Of a stretch of 64,000 nucleotides of DNA, positions 12,236-25,800 are shown piece by piece. A model generated the notes under the pieces. The model searched no databases and had not been told where the DNA came from. It saw only the letters and a program-made list of their open reading frames with translations. This DNA comes from Camelus dromedarius. Taxonomy: Eukaryota. The stretch is from contig NC_087436.1 in the NCBI RefSeq assembly GCF_036321535.1, forward strand, positions 36,706,001-36,770,000, in the 5' to 3' direction. Every line of letters starts with the position of its first letter. Position 1 is the first letter of the stretch. The translations under genes and the position numbers were made by a program.

Positions 12236-13104
12236 CTATAAACATTAAGATTAAACTGCTATCAAAAGAGATATATATAAGAATAACTTTTCACCTAAAA
12301 TGGTAAACTAAGCATTTCCTTAACCCTATTTTATGTAATTAGAAGCATCAGTCTATTTCCTTAAAATCTAAACAAGATACATTTAAGACATACACTTACT
12401 TGGCTGCTTAGTAAATAAATACTCTATAGCAAAAACAAAAAAAAACCCACAAAAGTTACAGAAGTTTATAGTAAAACTTCATGATAACACCACCTCCAAT
12501 TATAGCAAAAACTTACAATTTAGGTCCTAAAAGAAACCTATGAAGATTTGTAAGGTTCAGTGGTTTTCAATCTGTGCTTCTCAGAGTTTTGAGGCAAAAA
12601 CACCGAGACGTCCTTTGAGAAAAGCAGATCAATGCACTAAAAATCAATATGGCTAAATCCAACTAGCTAAATCTGTAATTCATATATTCCAGCTGGAATA
12701 TTTATCAGGAATGTTTTAAAAGCTTTAATCAGAATGTCCAATTTTGGTTACTGATGGCAAAACATGTAATAAGCAGTTACCAGAACTTCCTGTCACATAG
12801 TTCATCATGGTTTATTAAGCAACAGAATTTCAGAAGAGTTCAGCTCAATATTCTGGTTTCTCTAGAATCAGAATTTAAATTTCTTTTTAATTGGAATTAT
12901 TTTTTCTTCCCATTGATTCTGAATTTAAATTTTCCCTACTTGATCTGTCAGTAGTAATCAAAAGTTGTTAAAATATTCGTTAATATTTTTAACAATATAT
13001 TTGCTCAATATTAAAACCAAGTCAGTATTTTGGTAAATTCTGCATTTTGATTATTGACACATTTATTTTCTGGCTAGGGTTCTGTACATCAGATTAATTA
13101 ATAT

Positions 13105-13220
13105 CCTTTCATAGGAAAGGATGCTGAAGGGCCTAAGGTCATTCAGTTAATCAGTGAGTGGCAGGACAAACATTAAAATCCCAAATCTGTTGAGTCTCAG
13201 AACTGGTGTTCTTTCCTCTA
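13105..13220 (-). mobile_element. MIR fragment
   Basis: CCTAAGGTCATTCAGTTAATCAGTGAGTGGCAG...AATCCCAAATCTG resembles reverse MIR; approximate. Confidence 0.5.
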
Positions 13221-14744
13221 TTCTCTATTGTTATCTGCCTCTAAATAATACAGGTCCTATTTGGAAGTGCTTGATTTAATCGTGCTTATATAGCTCTGAA
13301 GCAGGGACAAATTCAAGCACAAATAGAAAGGTAAATAAATACTGTTTTTATCCTAAATTCCAACATTAAAATTTTAAAACTAAAAATAAATGTCTAATTG
13401 ACTTCAACTAACATTAAAAACCTTGATATTCTAAGCAGTATTTCTCCCTTAGATCATTTGAGAAGCCTTTTCAAAATATACAAGCTATCCCAGTCTTGGA
13501 GATGGGTTCAGTAGGTTTGCAGTGGTCATGGAGACCAGAGACAGGTGGAAAATGGAAAAGTTCCATTGGTAATTTTATTTGCAAATGGCCTCCAGACTCA
13601 ATCATCTCTGCCCCATCTTCCCTCCACACAACTGACCTAAGGAGTCAACGTACACTATGCATGCTTATTAGCTTTCAACATACTAAGAGTTACCAACAAA
13701 TCATTAGAAATAGGTTATACTTATTTTCGCTAATTTTTAATAATCCTAGCCTGATAATCTCTTATTTTTAAAAGATTCCCTTGCAGGATCTTATAATTTT
13801 TAACCTTAAAAAAAAAGATACCTGTAGATTACTACTTAAAAGAAGACTGTCTTGGGTATAATGTTCAATTTGCTACTAAACTCATCTCCACTTAATTATC
13901 TAAAACAGAAACTCATATCAGATTCTTTAGGAAATACTGAATCTCCAACATAGTAGAAGACATTTGCTAAAGTGTATTAAATGTGTCAATGACTGTTTTT
14001 AAAGAGTTATAAAACACTAGGAGTCTTATGTGAGTTAACACATTTGTATCTATTGAACATTATTAACAGAAAGAACTTTTAAAATTTTAACTCTTTCAAA
14101 GTTAGGCTATTATTGTTTAATGTTGGGTGTCTGATTTAGGTTTTGTGGGGGTTTTTAATAAGTGAATTCCATTTTAAGCATTTATTTCTCAAGAATTCAC
14201 TAAAAAAATTACTAAAAGGTTAACTGAAGTATCTGGCAAGTAGTAATATGTTATGGCAAACTTTTATAGTATTTTAACATTAGTAAATGTACACAAATAT
14301 TTACAAATAGAAATAAAAATTCTATTTCCATTTTAAACAATCCTAGAAAAATACCATGGACTTACAGAATTGGGAAAGTGTGTTCTCTTGTCAAGTTTGT
14401 AGCATGTATGACTTTAAGAATGATAAAATAAGCTACATTTTCAATTTACTAAAGAGTCTTCTGAAAGTTTATTTTCCTAGAGATATTTTTCTACATGAGT
14501 GTCAAGGAACCTACTTCAAGTAACAAGAGACTTCCATTTTCCCTCAACTAAAAATTCATATTTATCTAATGATACTCATTTCTCAAAAAAAATTTTTTTA
14601 AAAAGGAATTATTAACAATAATTAAAAGAAGATGGCAAATAAAATCAGAAATGCAGGGGGAAAAAACCTACAAATACTGTTTCCAATATTAAATTTTCTA
14701 AAATGGAAACTTGATAGCCAGTCTTCTGTTCAAGACCACTAAAA

Positions 14745-14830
14745 CTATTTTTTTAAATATTTATTTTTATACAATCTTTAAAGGTTTCCTTCCATTTAGG
14801 TTATAACAAAATATTGGCTATATTCCCCAC
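14745..14830 (-). mobile_element. Short L1 3'UTR fragment
   Basis: T-rich tail then ...ACAAAATATTGGCTATATTCCCC, similar to other L1 3' copies here; imperfect flanking repeat AAAAC(T)ATTTTT. Confidence 0.5.
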
Positions 14831-15530
14831 GAAAACATTTTTCAATAAGGAAAACATATACGCCATATACACCCTTAATCCACGGTTACTATTTGCTGCC
14901 ACTGATTTGCTATCACTATTGAGGTTCAGATTTCCTTCTTACAGTAAGAAAAAATGTAATGAGACTAAGAGAAATCAATTCATAAAAGTAATATAAGTGG
15001 TACTGCTATCCAACCTTATGTCTGCAACATAAGAAATGACAAGAAGTTTTAATATGATTAAAATGACTTTGGGCTTAGAGTTGGTATGCTGTCTACATCT
15101 TCAGAAGATCCCTCATTTCCATAAAATGTCCTCATAAATTATAATGACATTCACTATAGTCTCTTAGAATTCTTTGTAATAATAATGCCAGGCCTAGTTT
15201 CTTTTATGGATTTTGGAAGTCAATTTTATAGTCAAATAAATATAGGGCAACTTATTTTTTTTTCCTAGTGTATCCTTTAGAATTTCTTGGAGTTTAATTT
15301 TCAACTAAGAAAAATATAATCTCAGTTACATGCATTTTCATATTCTGTTTTCTTTTATATATACATACATACATTATTCATATCTCAAACCTAACTTCTA
15401 AAAGTTTTAAAGTTCTAACACTGATACTAAGTAGAACAGAAGTTATACATTAAAACCAATGGAAAAAAAAGTAATAGAGATATTTAAGATAGGATAACAT
15501 CTCCATGTCAGCATGACACTAAGTCAAGTG

Positions 15531-15562
<32 letters not shown>

Positions 15563-16205
15563 CAAGCTTAAAGACTTACATATATTCCTAATAAAAGGAA
15601 GCAGAGAGTTCACTGGGTTATTTTATATAATAAGTCAAAATTTAAAAATCTTACATTTGTTTCAGTAGATACTTCATAAAAGTTCTAAATTAAATTGATG
15701 AATACAAATAGTAATATTTAGTGTAACAAACTTTGACACTGCCAAAAGTTATAATAAAATCTGTGATGCATAGTCATAATAAACTACTGACATAGGTAAC
15801 ATATGTGGAATAGAATTTACAAAGAAGTCTAAAACAAAGGCATATATTTCTTTGGGTCTGTGTTCTTTGTTACAGTCCTCTTATTTTTGTTTACGTATTA
15901 CTATGAAATTTTTTTAATTAAAAAAGCTGAGGTTCCAAGTACATGAGGTAACACAAAAACTAGAGTTAATACATCTCTAGTAGTATTCAAAAGTAGTATT
16001 ATATCAATAAAACCATTTCACCTGATAACTGAATCACTGTTTATATTTAAATTAAAATATAACTCAGCCCCTTCAGGGAGATTATAGCTTGAAAATTCCA
16101 TTTTAGATACTTTAAAGTTATTCACATGCAATCCCAAGAAAATATAGTGGGAGAAATATCTGAAGACTGTATTAGGCCAAAAAATTGTCACAACAGAGAA
16201 AAAAA

Positions 16206-16234
<29 letters not shown>
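16206..16234. repeat. (TG)n microsatellite
   Basis: Read directly. Confidence 0.95.
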
Positions 16235-16236
<2 letters not shown>

Positions 16237-17736
16237 CTCCCCTTTGAATCTGGAGAATTACTCCTCCAAGAATCTCTAAAATCCTAGGTGAACAAAAGGT
16301 AAAAACCAAACAGAAACTATATGTTTCCACAAATGTTAAACACATTTTCCCTTGCGTCTTTTACCTTTAATTATATAATCTGATACTTTATGGTAGTTTT
16401 TAGTAAATGTAATATAGTAACTTAAATATTGAGATTTTATGAAACTTCAAAGCTTGTTAGGCTGGCATTTCTTTCAGAGACCCTTTGCTAACAAACCTTG
16501 ACTCCTTCCCTGGCAAACCTTGTTCATCCTAGACCCTTTCCAGAATTAATTATTCCTGTTACTGTACTTTATGAGATTCCTTGCTAACCTTGGTTCAATA
16601 GCCAAACCTCTGCAATTGTGAAATTGCAAAAAGAAGCAAATAAGTAAGCACTGATAAAATTAGACTCACACAAACACCCCATGCCACAAGTAACTCTACT
16701 CTTCATAACTGGTAATGCTTGGACAATTAGTCTCTCTGATTATCAGCTGTAGTAAGCATCCAATGGTACAACGGAAATCTAAAGCAAAATGTATCTGCAA
16801 AATCCTGGAAAATGCAAAATTTCATCAGGTTGCTAAAAGCGATGTTGGCTAACTGCTCAAATCACAGGTAAAACTATCAGTGATAAGTGAGAATTCGGAA
16901 GGCTTAGAGAAGTTGCCTACAAAGAAGAGTAAATCAATGAGAATTTGTCATGACTCGCTAGGGGCTTTTTAGAAGTATGATTTAAGTATCAAAAGAAGAA
17001 AAATGACTTTTAGAAAACTGAAAAAGTGCTCAAATATTTTTCTTAAAATAGCCTCTCTTCATAATCATGCTATAGACAGCAACCTTAAAGTGTTACCATA
17101 ATATGCAATCATACAATTTCAGTGGAAAAATTATACCAAAGTGAATCAACACTTGATTCAGTTTTGCTTAAAGTAGTACATATTCCTCACAGCATATATT
17201 TGTGATACTCTGAAATGAATTCATTTCACGTATTTGCTTCAATTTTCAAGATACAGCTCCAAACAAATCTTTGCTTATTATTTACCATGAAATAAAGTTG
17301 TTTGTTTTTATTGGACTCACTTGAAGTAGCCTTTTCCTGATACAATTATCCTCAGATAACAAGGTTCTCTTATACTTTTACTGCTCCATTAATTACAATG
17401 TGCTAAAGCTGTCCATATGTATGTCTATCCTGCTATATCCCCCCTGCTTATTTTCTTAAGAATAGGTGTTAGAGCATCTCTATCTCTAGCTATCAGCACA
17501 ATTCCCAGAATATATGAATTGCTCAAAAAAAAAAAAAAAGATAAACTGAGGAGCACACTATTTTCAATAAATAATTTTGTAACTGAGTCTAACACCACAA
17601 GTCCAGTCAACATTACGTACTATATCCTCAACACTTTAAATCGTCCGACTGGCTATTTTAAAAGGTCTCAATTTCAATTAGATGTTAATTGCTTTGCCTA
17701 TGATTAAAAATATGAAAATTCTTTTAAAAACCATAC

Positions 17737-17942
17737 CTTTATACACAGAAAGGCATTCAATAGAGGTCCATAAAGAGTTATCTGAGAATCTGGAGAAAGT
17801 TCCATTTCTACATGAAGTTTATCAGGTGGAAGTTCTGAGGGATCAATAGGTGGACGTGAAGAAGCAGAGGGAGAAGAAACAACTCTGTCTGTTTTCTGGG
17901 ATGGCCTTAATACAGAGAGCATTGTTTCTTCCATTTCTGACA
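17737..17942 (-). CDS. BLTP1: BLTP1 coding exon 18 (SEMEETML...FLCIK), 206 nt
   Basis: TTTTCCAG| acceptor, AAG|GTATGG donor, phase 1-0; overlaps ORF 17704..17991. Confidence 0.95.
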
Positions 17943-18564
17943 CTGGAAAAAATTGAAGGGAAAAAAATGTTTGGGGGAGGGGGAAAAACACCTCTTAGAA
18001 GTTCTTCAAAAAACTATTCACTAAGAAATTCTGTATTTTGCAAATATGAAAGCAACTTATAGTGATAAAATAACTATAGTATATAATGAAAACAAAGCTG
18101 AAAGACTAATAATTAAGAATGCAATAAAGAATGGACTTTATTCAAATATGCATGAAAATGCATAAATCAGACTACACAGAATCAATGAAAAATTCCTATT
18201 TAAAAAAGGCAACATTCTCATCAAGTTCTGGCCATATGTTGTAAATCTGTGTCACAATTAGGCTTTAACTATACTTGGACATTAAAATATAAAGTTATTT
18301 TCACATAAACAGCTATTCAAATGCAGTGTGACATTACCAAGCTCCATATATAAGAAAGTTATAAAAACTATTCTCTAAAACTGGAAAAAAATTCACTGGA
18401 AAAAAAAATACAAAGAAAATATCACTTGACTTCAATTTTATTTTGGATCCCAATAAGGTGACACACTTAAGCCTCAGGGAAGCTATAAATAGTATGACAG
18501 TTGTCAAAATGCATTAGAGAAACTAACATTTCACAAAATCGACTTTAAATATACAGATTCACAT

Positions 18565-18778
18565 ACACCTAGATTCATATTCCAGCTCTACTGCTTCTAG
18601 CTCAGCAGACCTTGAGAATTACTTTCTCTAAGCATTTTTCCTTAACTCTACAATGACATTAATAATACCTACCTCATGGAGTTGCTTTAGGGATTAAATG
18701 AGATAAAGTAAGCCAGGAAACAGTTTGGCCTCATATTTGATATATAATAAATGCTCAATGAAAGTCAGCTATAATTAT
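18565..18778 (+). mobile_element. MIR
   Basis: AATAATACCTACCTCATGGAGTTGCTTTAGGGATTAAATGAGATAA core. Confidence 0.75.
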
Positions 18779-18929
18779 ATCGAAACCCTTAAAAGATTTT
18801 AAATGTATACAATTATGTCAAAAGAACAGATACATTTCCAAAATTTTTAAATTTCTTTTTTTGTATCTCTGATGATAACCAATTATAACACCAGATGTTT
18901 TAAAGCACAAATTATACAAAAACACTTAC

Positions 18930-19036
18930 ATGACTGTTTTAGCTGTTCATCTGCTTTTTGTGGATAAATTGGATGCCATGTATAATCAATTGTAAGCATA
19001 ACACTTGGGACAGTCCAGCATTCAACCCAACCAGCC
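18930..19036 (-). CDS. BLTP1: BLTP1 coding exon 17 (AGWVECWTVP...QLKQS), 107 nt
   Basis: CTCTTCAAAG| acceptor, T|GTAAGT donor, phase 2-1. Confidence 0.94.
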
Positions 19037-19197
19037 CTTTGAAGAGTAAAAAATAAAGTTTTTAGTCAGGTGCTTATTCCTTTAATTGTATACAGACATC
19101 AGTTACAGATAATCAAATTTTATTGTTATTTTTTGAAAGCACTGGAAGAGTAATTTCTCTATACAAAATACTTAGATTACTAATATCATGTACTTAC

Positions 19198-19376
19198 TTT
19201 TCTTGAGTAATGTTCCGCCATTTTGGTTTAACCGTTTTCTGGCCACTCTGACACTCGGCAGGAATACCAGTATCATGAGTCATTTTATTTGGGTGGCAAT
19301 TCTTTACCAGCATAAATAATGAATATTTACTAGGATGGCAATCTGGTAGAAACAAATGAAGATCAACATCTTCTCC
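19198..19376 (-). CDS. BLTP1: BLTP1 coding exon 16 (GEDVDLHLF...NITQE), 179 nt
   Basis: TTTTTTAG| acceptor, AA|GTAAGT donor, phase 0-2. Confidence 0.95.
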
Positions 19377-19907
19377 CTAAAAAATAGTTTATAATAACCC
19401 AAAGTAATAAAACAGGTACATAAATTTGTTAGGTTACTATTTACAGGATAGCCTATCTATAATAATCTTGTGAATAAATTCAAAAGAAAATGAACCTAAA
19501 ATTGAAATGGCAGATTCTACACAGAAGAGTCTGGTAAGTAACTAGAATAAGATTTTACATTAACTAAAACTAAATTCTACTTAGAAAAATCAAGAAAAAA
19601 ATCAGAGAAATAAATAGTTTAGTTTCTAGGAAAGTTAAAAGGTTATCTTCCATGGGTATCCTTGGATTTATCACATGTAATTAGAAAAAAAAATAAAATA
19701 AAAAATAAAAAATCATCTCACTAAGACCAGGTGGAATATGTTCTGTATTTTTATTGATTTTTAAAATATGATTGTCTCTTTTGATTCTAGTAAGTCTTGG
19801 TTCCTCAACTGGCTTTTAAGAATTGTATCAAAGGATCTTCACCCAGTTTCACTTTTTTCCTTATAGGTCCCCTAATCTTTTCATCTTGATGCCTGGTTTC
19901 TTAACAA

Positions 19908-20050
19908 GCAGCACAGTGGAATGATTAAAAGAATGGAGACCTAAGCTATATTGCCTGGGTTCAAATTTCAACTTGGCCACTCACTAGCTACATGACAAGT
20001 TACGTAAACTTGCCTCCTTAGTTTCCTATTCCGTAAGTGCAGATATTGGC
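19908..20050 (+). mobile_element. MIR
   Basis: GCCTGGGTTCAAAT...GCCACTCACTAGCTA...CTTAGTTTCCTAT. Confidence 0.7.
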
Positions 20051-20342
20051 TACTGCAAAAGAAAATGCTGCTATGAACACTGGGGTACACGTATCTTTTT
20101 AAATTATTGCCCAACTTCTTAGGGGAACTTGGAAACTTAGGGGAATGGCAGAACATTACAGTTAACTACGAAAAAGAAACAGCAGCAATTCTGTGACACT
20201 GAAGTTAGTGAACAATGGAGGAAAGGAAAGCTGAAATTCTTCAGGGTGGCAACAAGATGGACAGGAGAGTCAAAATAACCACTGGGAAATCAAACTTATT
20301 AATAAACCTTGAGAAATAAACAATGCATCCAATTATACGTAC

Positions 20343-20440
20343 TCTTAAAGAGAATTTGGTATTACATGTAGCTGGAACAAAGTCCGTAAAAGGCAAAGAG
20401 AAATCAATGTTTAGTGTTTCCCCACAGGCTGCCAAGTACA
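20343..20440 (-). CDS. BLTP1: BLTP1 coding exon 15 (YLAACGETL...KFSLR), 98 nt
   Basis: poly-T-GCAG| acceptor, AGA|GTACGT donor, phase 1-0. Confidence 0.95.
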
Positions 20441-20715
20441 CTGCAAAAAAAAAAGAGAAAAAAAAAATTTTACTTTTAATTAAAAAAATTTTTAATTTTT
20501 TAAATAAAAATTGCCTTAAATACACACCTAAACAAAATTAAAGATAATATGCTTAGTTCAGTACAAGTTCTGAAATCGTTCTGAGTCTCACAAGACAATG
20601 GGAAAAAAAAAAAATTCTAGTATCTAGTAAAAACTACAAAATCAATACCAATTTTCTTTGTTGGTATTTGTCTTAATGAACAGAATACTTAATCTAATTT
20701 TTAAAAAGTACTTAC

Positions 20716-20871
20716 CATTTTCCTGTTGTTTAGTGGAACAGTCAATCCAATTGTGTTGATTAGCTGCCCAAATCATTTCAAATTGATGAAACATGATTTT
20801 AAAATTCCATGTATATGGAACAAATGAAAAAATGTCTGGAGCACTATCACTTGACCAGTCTTGAATTAAAT
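20716..20871 (-). CDS. BLTP1: BLTP1 coding exon 14 (LIQDWSSDS...KQQEN), 156 nt
   Basis: ATTTTAG| acceptor, G|GTAAGT donor, phase 1-1. Confidence 0.95.
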
Positions 20872-21319
20872 CTAAAATTATTGGGATGGGAGACAGAAGG
20901 TAAAATTAACTGAAATTAAGAAAACAAAACATAAATATTCTAACAGCAAAAATGCAGTTTTCTACTGTAACTAAAAAGAACTTTTATACTGAAATATTAA
21001 GAGGTGATTAAGATGTACCTAAATGATTTGACAGTAAAGATGTTTACTTACAAATCACAGTTTCAAATTAAATTTTTATGTGTCTCATATACCTATTATG
21101 TTTTTAAAGAAACTTTAGAAAATAAAAGAGAAAAAAAATCACCTGATACCCCAATTCCCAAATATCTAACATTGTGGATCTATCTCATTCTAGTTTTTTC
21201 CTTCCTATGTAGATTTTTTACACTACCTAGATGTACATGTTATAGATACTACTTTTTTTCACTGAACTCAAAACTTTTCCATGTTATTTCATGCACATTA
21301 ACAAAAATTTTAATAATGT

Positions 21320-21760
21320 TCATTAAAGAGATTTGCTAAGATTTACTTAACCATTTACCGTACTTAGATATTTAGACTCTTTCCAAATTTTTGTTATATA
21401 TAATGTTAGCATGTATATTTTCATGCAAGATATTCTACATATTCAGGATTAGTTTCTCAGGTTCGATTCCAGAAGGGGATTTACTAAGTCAAAGTTCATG
21501 AATTTTTTCAAGGCTATTATAAATTACAGGACTGCTTCCAAGAGTAGTGTATCCATTTATGCTACTAGAAATGTATGCTGAACTATTCCACTGTACCTGC
21601 TCCTGCATTATATTTCTTTCTACCTCTCTCCTTCTGTTTTTTTTTTTTTTTTGATGGGGGTGGGGGATGATGGAGCTTGCTAATCAGTAACTGAAAAATG
21701 ATATCTCACTTAATTGAATTTCTTAATTACAAGTAGGATTGAATATTTTTTCATGTTGTT
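21320..21760 (-). mobile_element. Old L1 (L1M-type) fragment
   Basis: TTACTTAACCATT...GATATTTAGACTCTTTCCAAATTTTTG...TGATATCTCACT pattern; approximate. Confidence 0.6.
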
Positions 21761-21764
21761 TTAT

Positions 21765-21875
21765 TCACGAAACAAATACCTACAGAGTGTCTACTGTGTT
21801 CCAGACTCTGTTCTAGACTCTGGAAATACAATGGGAACAGAATAAAGACTTGGCCTTCTTAGAATTATAGCCAAT
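21765..21875 (-). mobile_element. L2 3' end fragment
   Basis: CAAATACCTACAGAGTGTCTACTGTGTTCCAGACTCTGTTCTAGAC resembles reverse L2 terminus. Confidence 0.65.
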
Positions 21876-22239
21876 CAATCACCTTGTTTGCTGATTTACT
21901 ACTGTATTGCTGATATGTATGATTTACTTGTTGCTTTTGAAAATTGTGTTCACATATTTAGTCTGCTTATCCTTTTATACCTTTTTTTTTTTTAACCTCA
22001 ACAGGCAAAAGCTCTTTATATAAAGAAGTTAGCCCTGTTCTATCACGGTGCTTTCCTCTACTTTTCTCTCTGGCATTCACATCATCTGCATGCATTGTGT
22101 ACTCCCAGTGATAATGTCCTTCAATAAATGGTTTCCTAGACGTGTCAAGCTCATCTCTGTATACTCACAGTACATAACACAGTGCTGTGCATATAAAATC
22201 AGAACTTTGAGAGACAGAACAATTGAAAGTAGTATTTTT

Positions 22240-22460
22240 ATACCATAAACTCTTAGCACCAGATAGTCCTGGGTTTAAATTTTGTCTGTATCATTTTACT
22301 AGTTATGTAGTCTTTAACAAATGATTAAATGCTATCAGTTTTCTCCTTTACAAAATGGGGACAATTTCAGACTTATTATGAGAATTTAGATGATATACGT
22401 GAAGTTTTAGCACAGAAATTGCCACAAGGTTAAGAGCTGCACAAATGGTAGCACTTATTA
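22240..22460 (+). mobile_element. MIR
   Basis: CCTGGGTTTAAAT...TCAGTTTTCTCCTTTACAAAATGGGGACAAT. Confidence 0.7.
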
Positions 22461-23147
22461 CAGGTATTCTATGAAAAATAACAGGCAAAAATAATTAAAA
22501 ATTTAAAGTAGTTTTCTTTGAATTTTAAAGGAAATTTTTAAACTGAAAAATATAGATTCAGTAATGAAATCAGAAGCTATATAACATATGGACTCATTTA
22601 AAGCTTAGCTGCAATGTATAGAAACTTGTGTACATATATTAGAAATTCCTCTTAATAAAATGGCAAAATAATATATTTAATATCAAATTTCTGTAATAAA
22701 TTAATATTAAAAAGAGGTAGAGCTGTACTATATCAACAATAAATGTAATATGGCTATGAACCTGTTCTAAGACTACAGAAAGGAAAATTCCATTTATCAA
22801 TTTTACTTCAAATATATTTCTATTTCATTTAACAAGCAATCACAGTAGTTCCTCATACCTCATAGTATCTATGCTTACTTCTAAACTTTTACTTCTACAT
22901 ACCATCCTACCTACCCTGACTGCATCCCTACTGTCTAACTTTATTCTTTAACACAGTGTTCAGTACTTGGGAGATGCCCAAAAGTCATCTCTGGAGTTAA
23001 TCAATGACACCATACAAATTCATCATTCATTAAGCTGATTTTCTTACTTTTCTCCCTCATAAACACCTTTGGTTCTGCACTTTTACTCAAACTATTCATC
23101 CTATCTAACAAACACATTCTGTGGTAACCTATTTGTTGAAGGTTAAC

Positions 23148-23392
23148 AACAGCATGATACTAGAGAGAGAGTACAGGATCTAACAGTCAAAAAACTGTCC
23201 TTAAATGTCTCTTCCACTTACTAGCTTCATGAGTCTGCCCAAGTCATTGAATGTTTCTTCAATTTCCTCACTGTTAACTCAGGGGTAACAATAACAGCTA
23301 TCCTTTTTTAGAGTTGTTGTGAAGATGATAAAAATGAACATGATTTAGAATGTTTTATGGAAACATACTATGCAAATTTTAGTTAATGTTAC
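23148..23392 (+). mobile_element. MIR
   Basis: CCACTTACTAGCT...CAATTTCCTCAC...GAGTTGTTGTGAAGAT. Confidence 0.65.
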
Positions 23393-25189
23393 TGAGTTCA
23401 TTTACAAAGACCATTTCAGATCTTAATATCCTTCCTTACTTTCTCTAATTACCTTCAGTTCGTAGTGATTTCCTCTGTATTCATGTCTTACATGCATTTG
23501 TTAGCTTGACAATTCTTGCTTGCACTCAATATATATAAATACCATTATGTACTATTTTATTTGTCTCAGTCTAGTGCACATGCCAATATACTTGAGACTG
23601 GTAAATAAAGAAATGCCCATAAGCAATACCCCTATTAAGTTCTCTGTGGGCTGAGATCATGGGTTATTTGTTCTGAATCATTATTCATAAGAAACTTTCA
23701 ACTTACATTGGTTGTGTTTATCTACTTTACATTTCTATTTAAAAGACAGATATAATTGCTAATAAACACAAATTCAAATAATCTACTAATCATCTAAGGA
23801 AACCAATGTAATTTTATAAAGTTATTAGCCAATTTCTATTTTAACAAGTCTTACTAGTTTTTTTCAATATCTTACCTAAAACTTTAACATATTCCATAAT
23901 ATGGTTTCCCTACTAGCTTATACAACATCTTTACTAATAAACACTAAAAATTATAGTAACAAACTATTTTCAGTAGGAACCCCAAAAACTATTTCCAATA
24001 TGTATTTCTCTTTAAACCAAAAGCTGCTCTCATTACCAGACGGTCTTACCAAATAAATTTATTAGAAAAATGAAGCACTCTCTTGATGACTGCCTTACTT
24101 ATGTAGACAACAAATTTTAAAAGTTAAGTTGGTAATCTAAATGTAAGTCTGGAAAAAAACCCATCTACAACTCACTTTATAATTAAGTTGATAGGCAAAC
24201 ACCCTATAAAATGTCCATCAGTTGGTACTGAAGCTTTGCGATACTGTTATATTGTCTTCTCCTCTTCATCAGAGTAAACCTAAGTCAATCTCATTATCTA
24301 CAGAAAAGACTGCACTTCTGCCTTTGTTTTGTATCTTTCATTCCTGAGGCTCTATGTTCTATTTATCATGAAGCTATCTTTATCCCACATTGAAATCTCT
24401 TAAGAACAATTTCATCTCACTAATAATTGGCATGAGAATGGCTCTTGAGGAATAGTAGGTATTCCCTCACATCAAATAGACAATTTATTTTCTGCAAAAG
24501 TCTGTCAATAGAGAAATGTAAAACTAAGAAAAGAGAAAACAATTCAAACACTATGACCAAGAATGTCCTTGCCAAGGCTAAACTAATATCATTCTCTGAC
24601 AGTGTCCTTTTAAAGAATAAAAAAGTTTTTAAAGGACCCTAGAAAGATTTCAGAAATAATACGTCTAAATGTTACAACTGCTAATCTTGGAGATGAGACT
24701 TTAAGCTTTGTACCTGTCCATATTTTAAAAATTTCCCCTAACAAATTTTAGAAAAGAATTACTTAAAAAGTGAATTTCAATAGGTATAAGCATAAAGATT
24801 AGAGTTAGAGAAAGAAAATAATTTAGGAAAAACACAGTTGTAATTTAGGAAATGTGTACTTGGTTGTTTAATCAATGTCCAGTCTAAATAAAAGTGCAAA
24901 ATAAAGTTGAAATCTTGAGGAATTTATACTTATCCTCCAACTAGTCTTAGCACTGCTAAAGTCTGAGATTATGACATTCTAGAGGAAAGCAATGTAAAGA
25001 ACTGAATGCGTGAAAATGCAAGGTTTTTTCCTTTAGGTTTAAATAAACTGAATAATTTATCATTTAAAAAATTAAAAGAAAAGAAAAGGGTGGAATCTAT
25101 TCTAAAAGATTAGCAAAATGAAAAACTACAAAATCTTAAGTGAGAGGGAAAAGGCTATGCAAAGAAGCTATCTATACAAAAAGAGATTC

Positions 25190-25405
25190 TTGAGCCAGAC
25201 TACTTGAGTTGGAATTCTAGTCTGACCAACTTAGTCATGCAACCCTGGACAAACTGCTTGACCACTCTGTAATATTATCCTCATCTATAAATTATGATAA
25301 TGACAATAAAATTGACCTTAGAGAGTTAAGAGGATTCAATGATTTAATATGTGAACCTACTTAGAAGAGAAACACTAGTACACCTTGTAAGTCTTAGCTA
25401 TTATT
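25190..25405 (+). mobile_element. MIR
   Basis: GAGCCAGACTACTTGAGTTGGAATTC...CCTCATCTATAAA. Confidence 0.65.
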
Positions 25406-25674
25406 TTTTTTAATAAATCTGAATTAAGTAGTATTTATTCAGTGTTCAGCTTCAATGAGAAAAGTTTAACTTGCCAGGCACTTTGTCAAAATTTCTACTA
25501 CAGAGATTCTGACTTGAGCCATAGAGAATAAATGCAACTCCAAAAATGCAGAATCACTCTATCTAGTCCCCAAGATAAGACTCTTGATCAAAATAAAAAA
25601 ACAAACATAAAAGGCTTATGATTGAACATATTTATAAAGGCCAAAACTCTAGCAATAGCAAAATTAGGTTAGAA

Positions 25675-25800
25675 AATGTTATCCCTATTTCACAAATAAG
25701 GAAACTGAAGCTTAAACAATTAGGCAATTTGGTCAACATCATATTGCTAGTAAGCAATGTCAAGACAGGACTATCTGTGACTATCTTAGTCACTGCTACA
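25675..25800 (-). mobile_element. MIR fragment
   Basis: TTATCCCTATTTCACAAATAAGGAAACTGAAGCT reverse MIR core. Confidence 0.7.
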
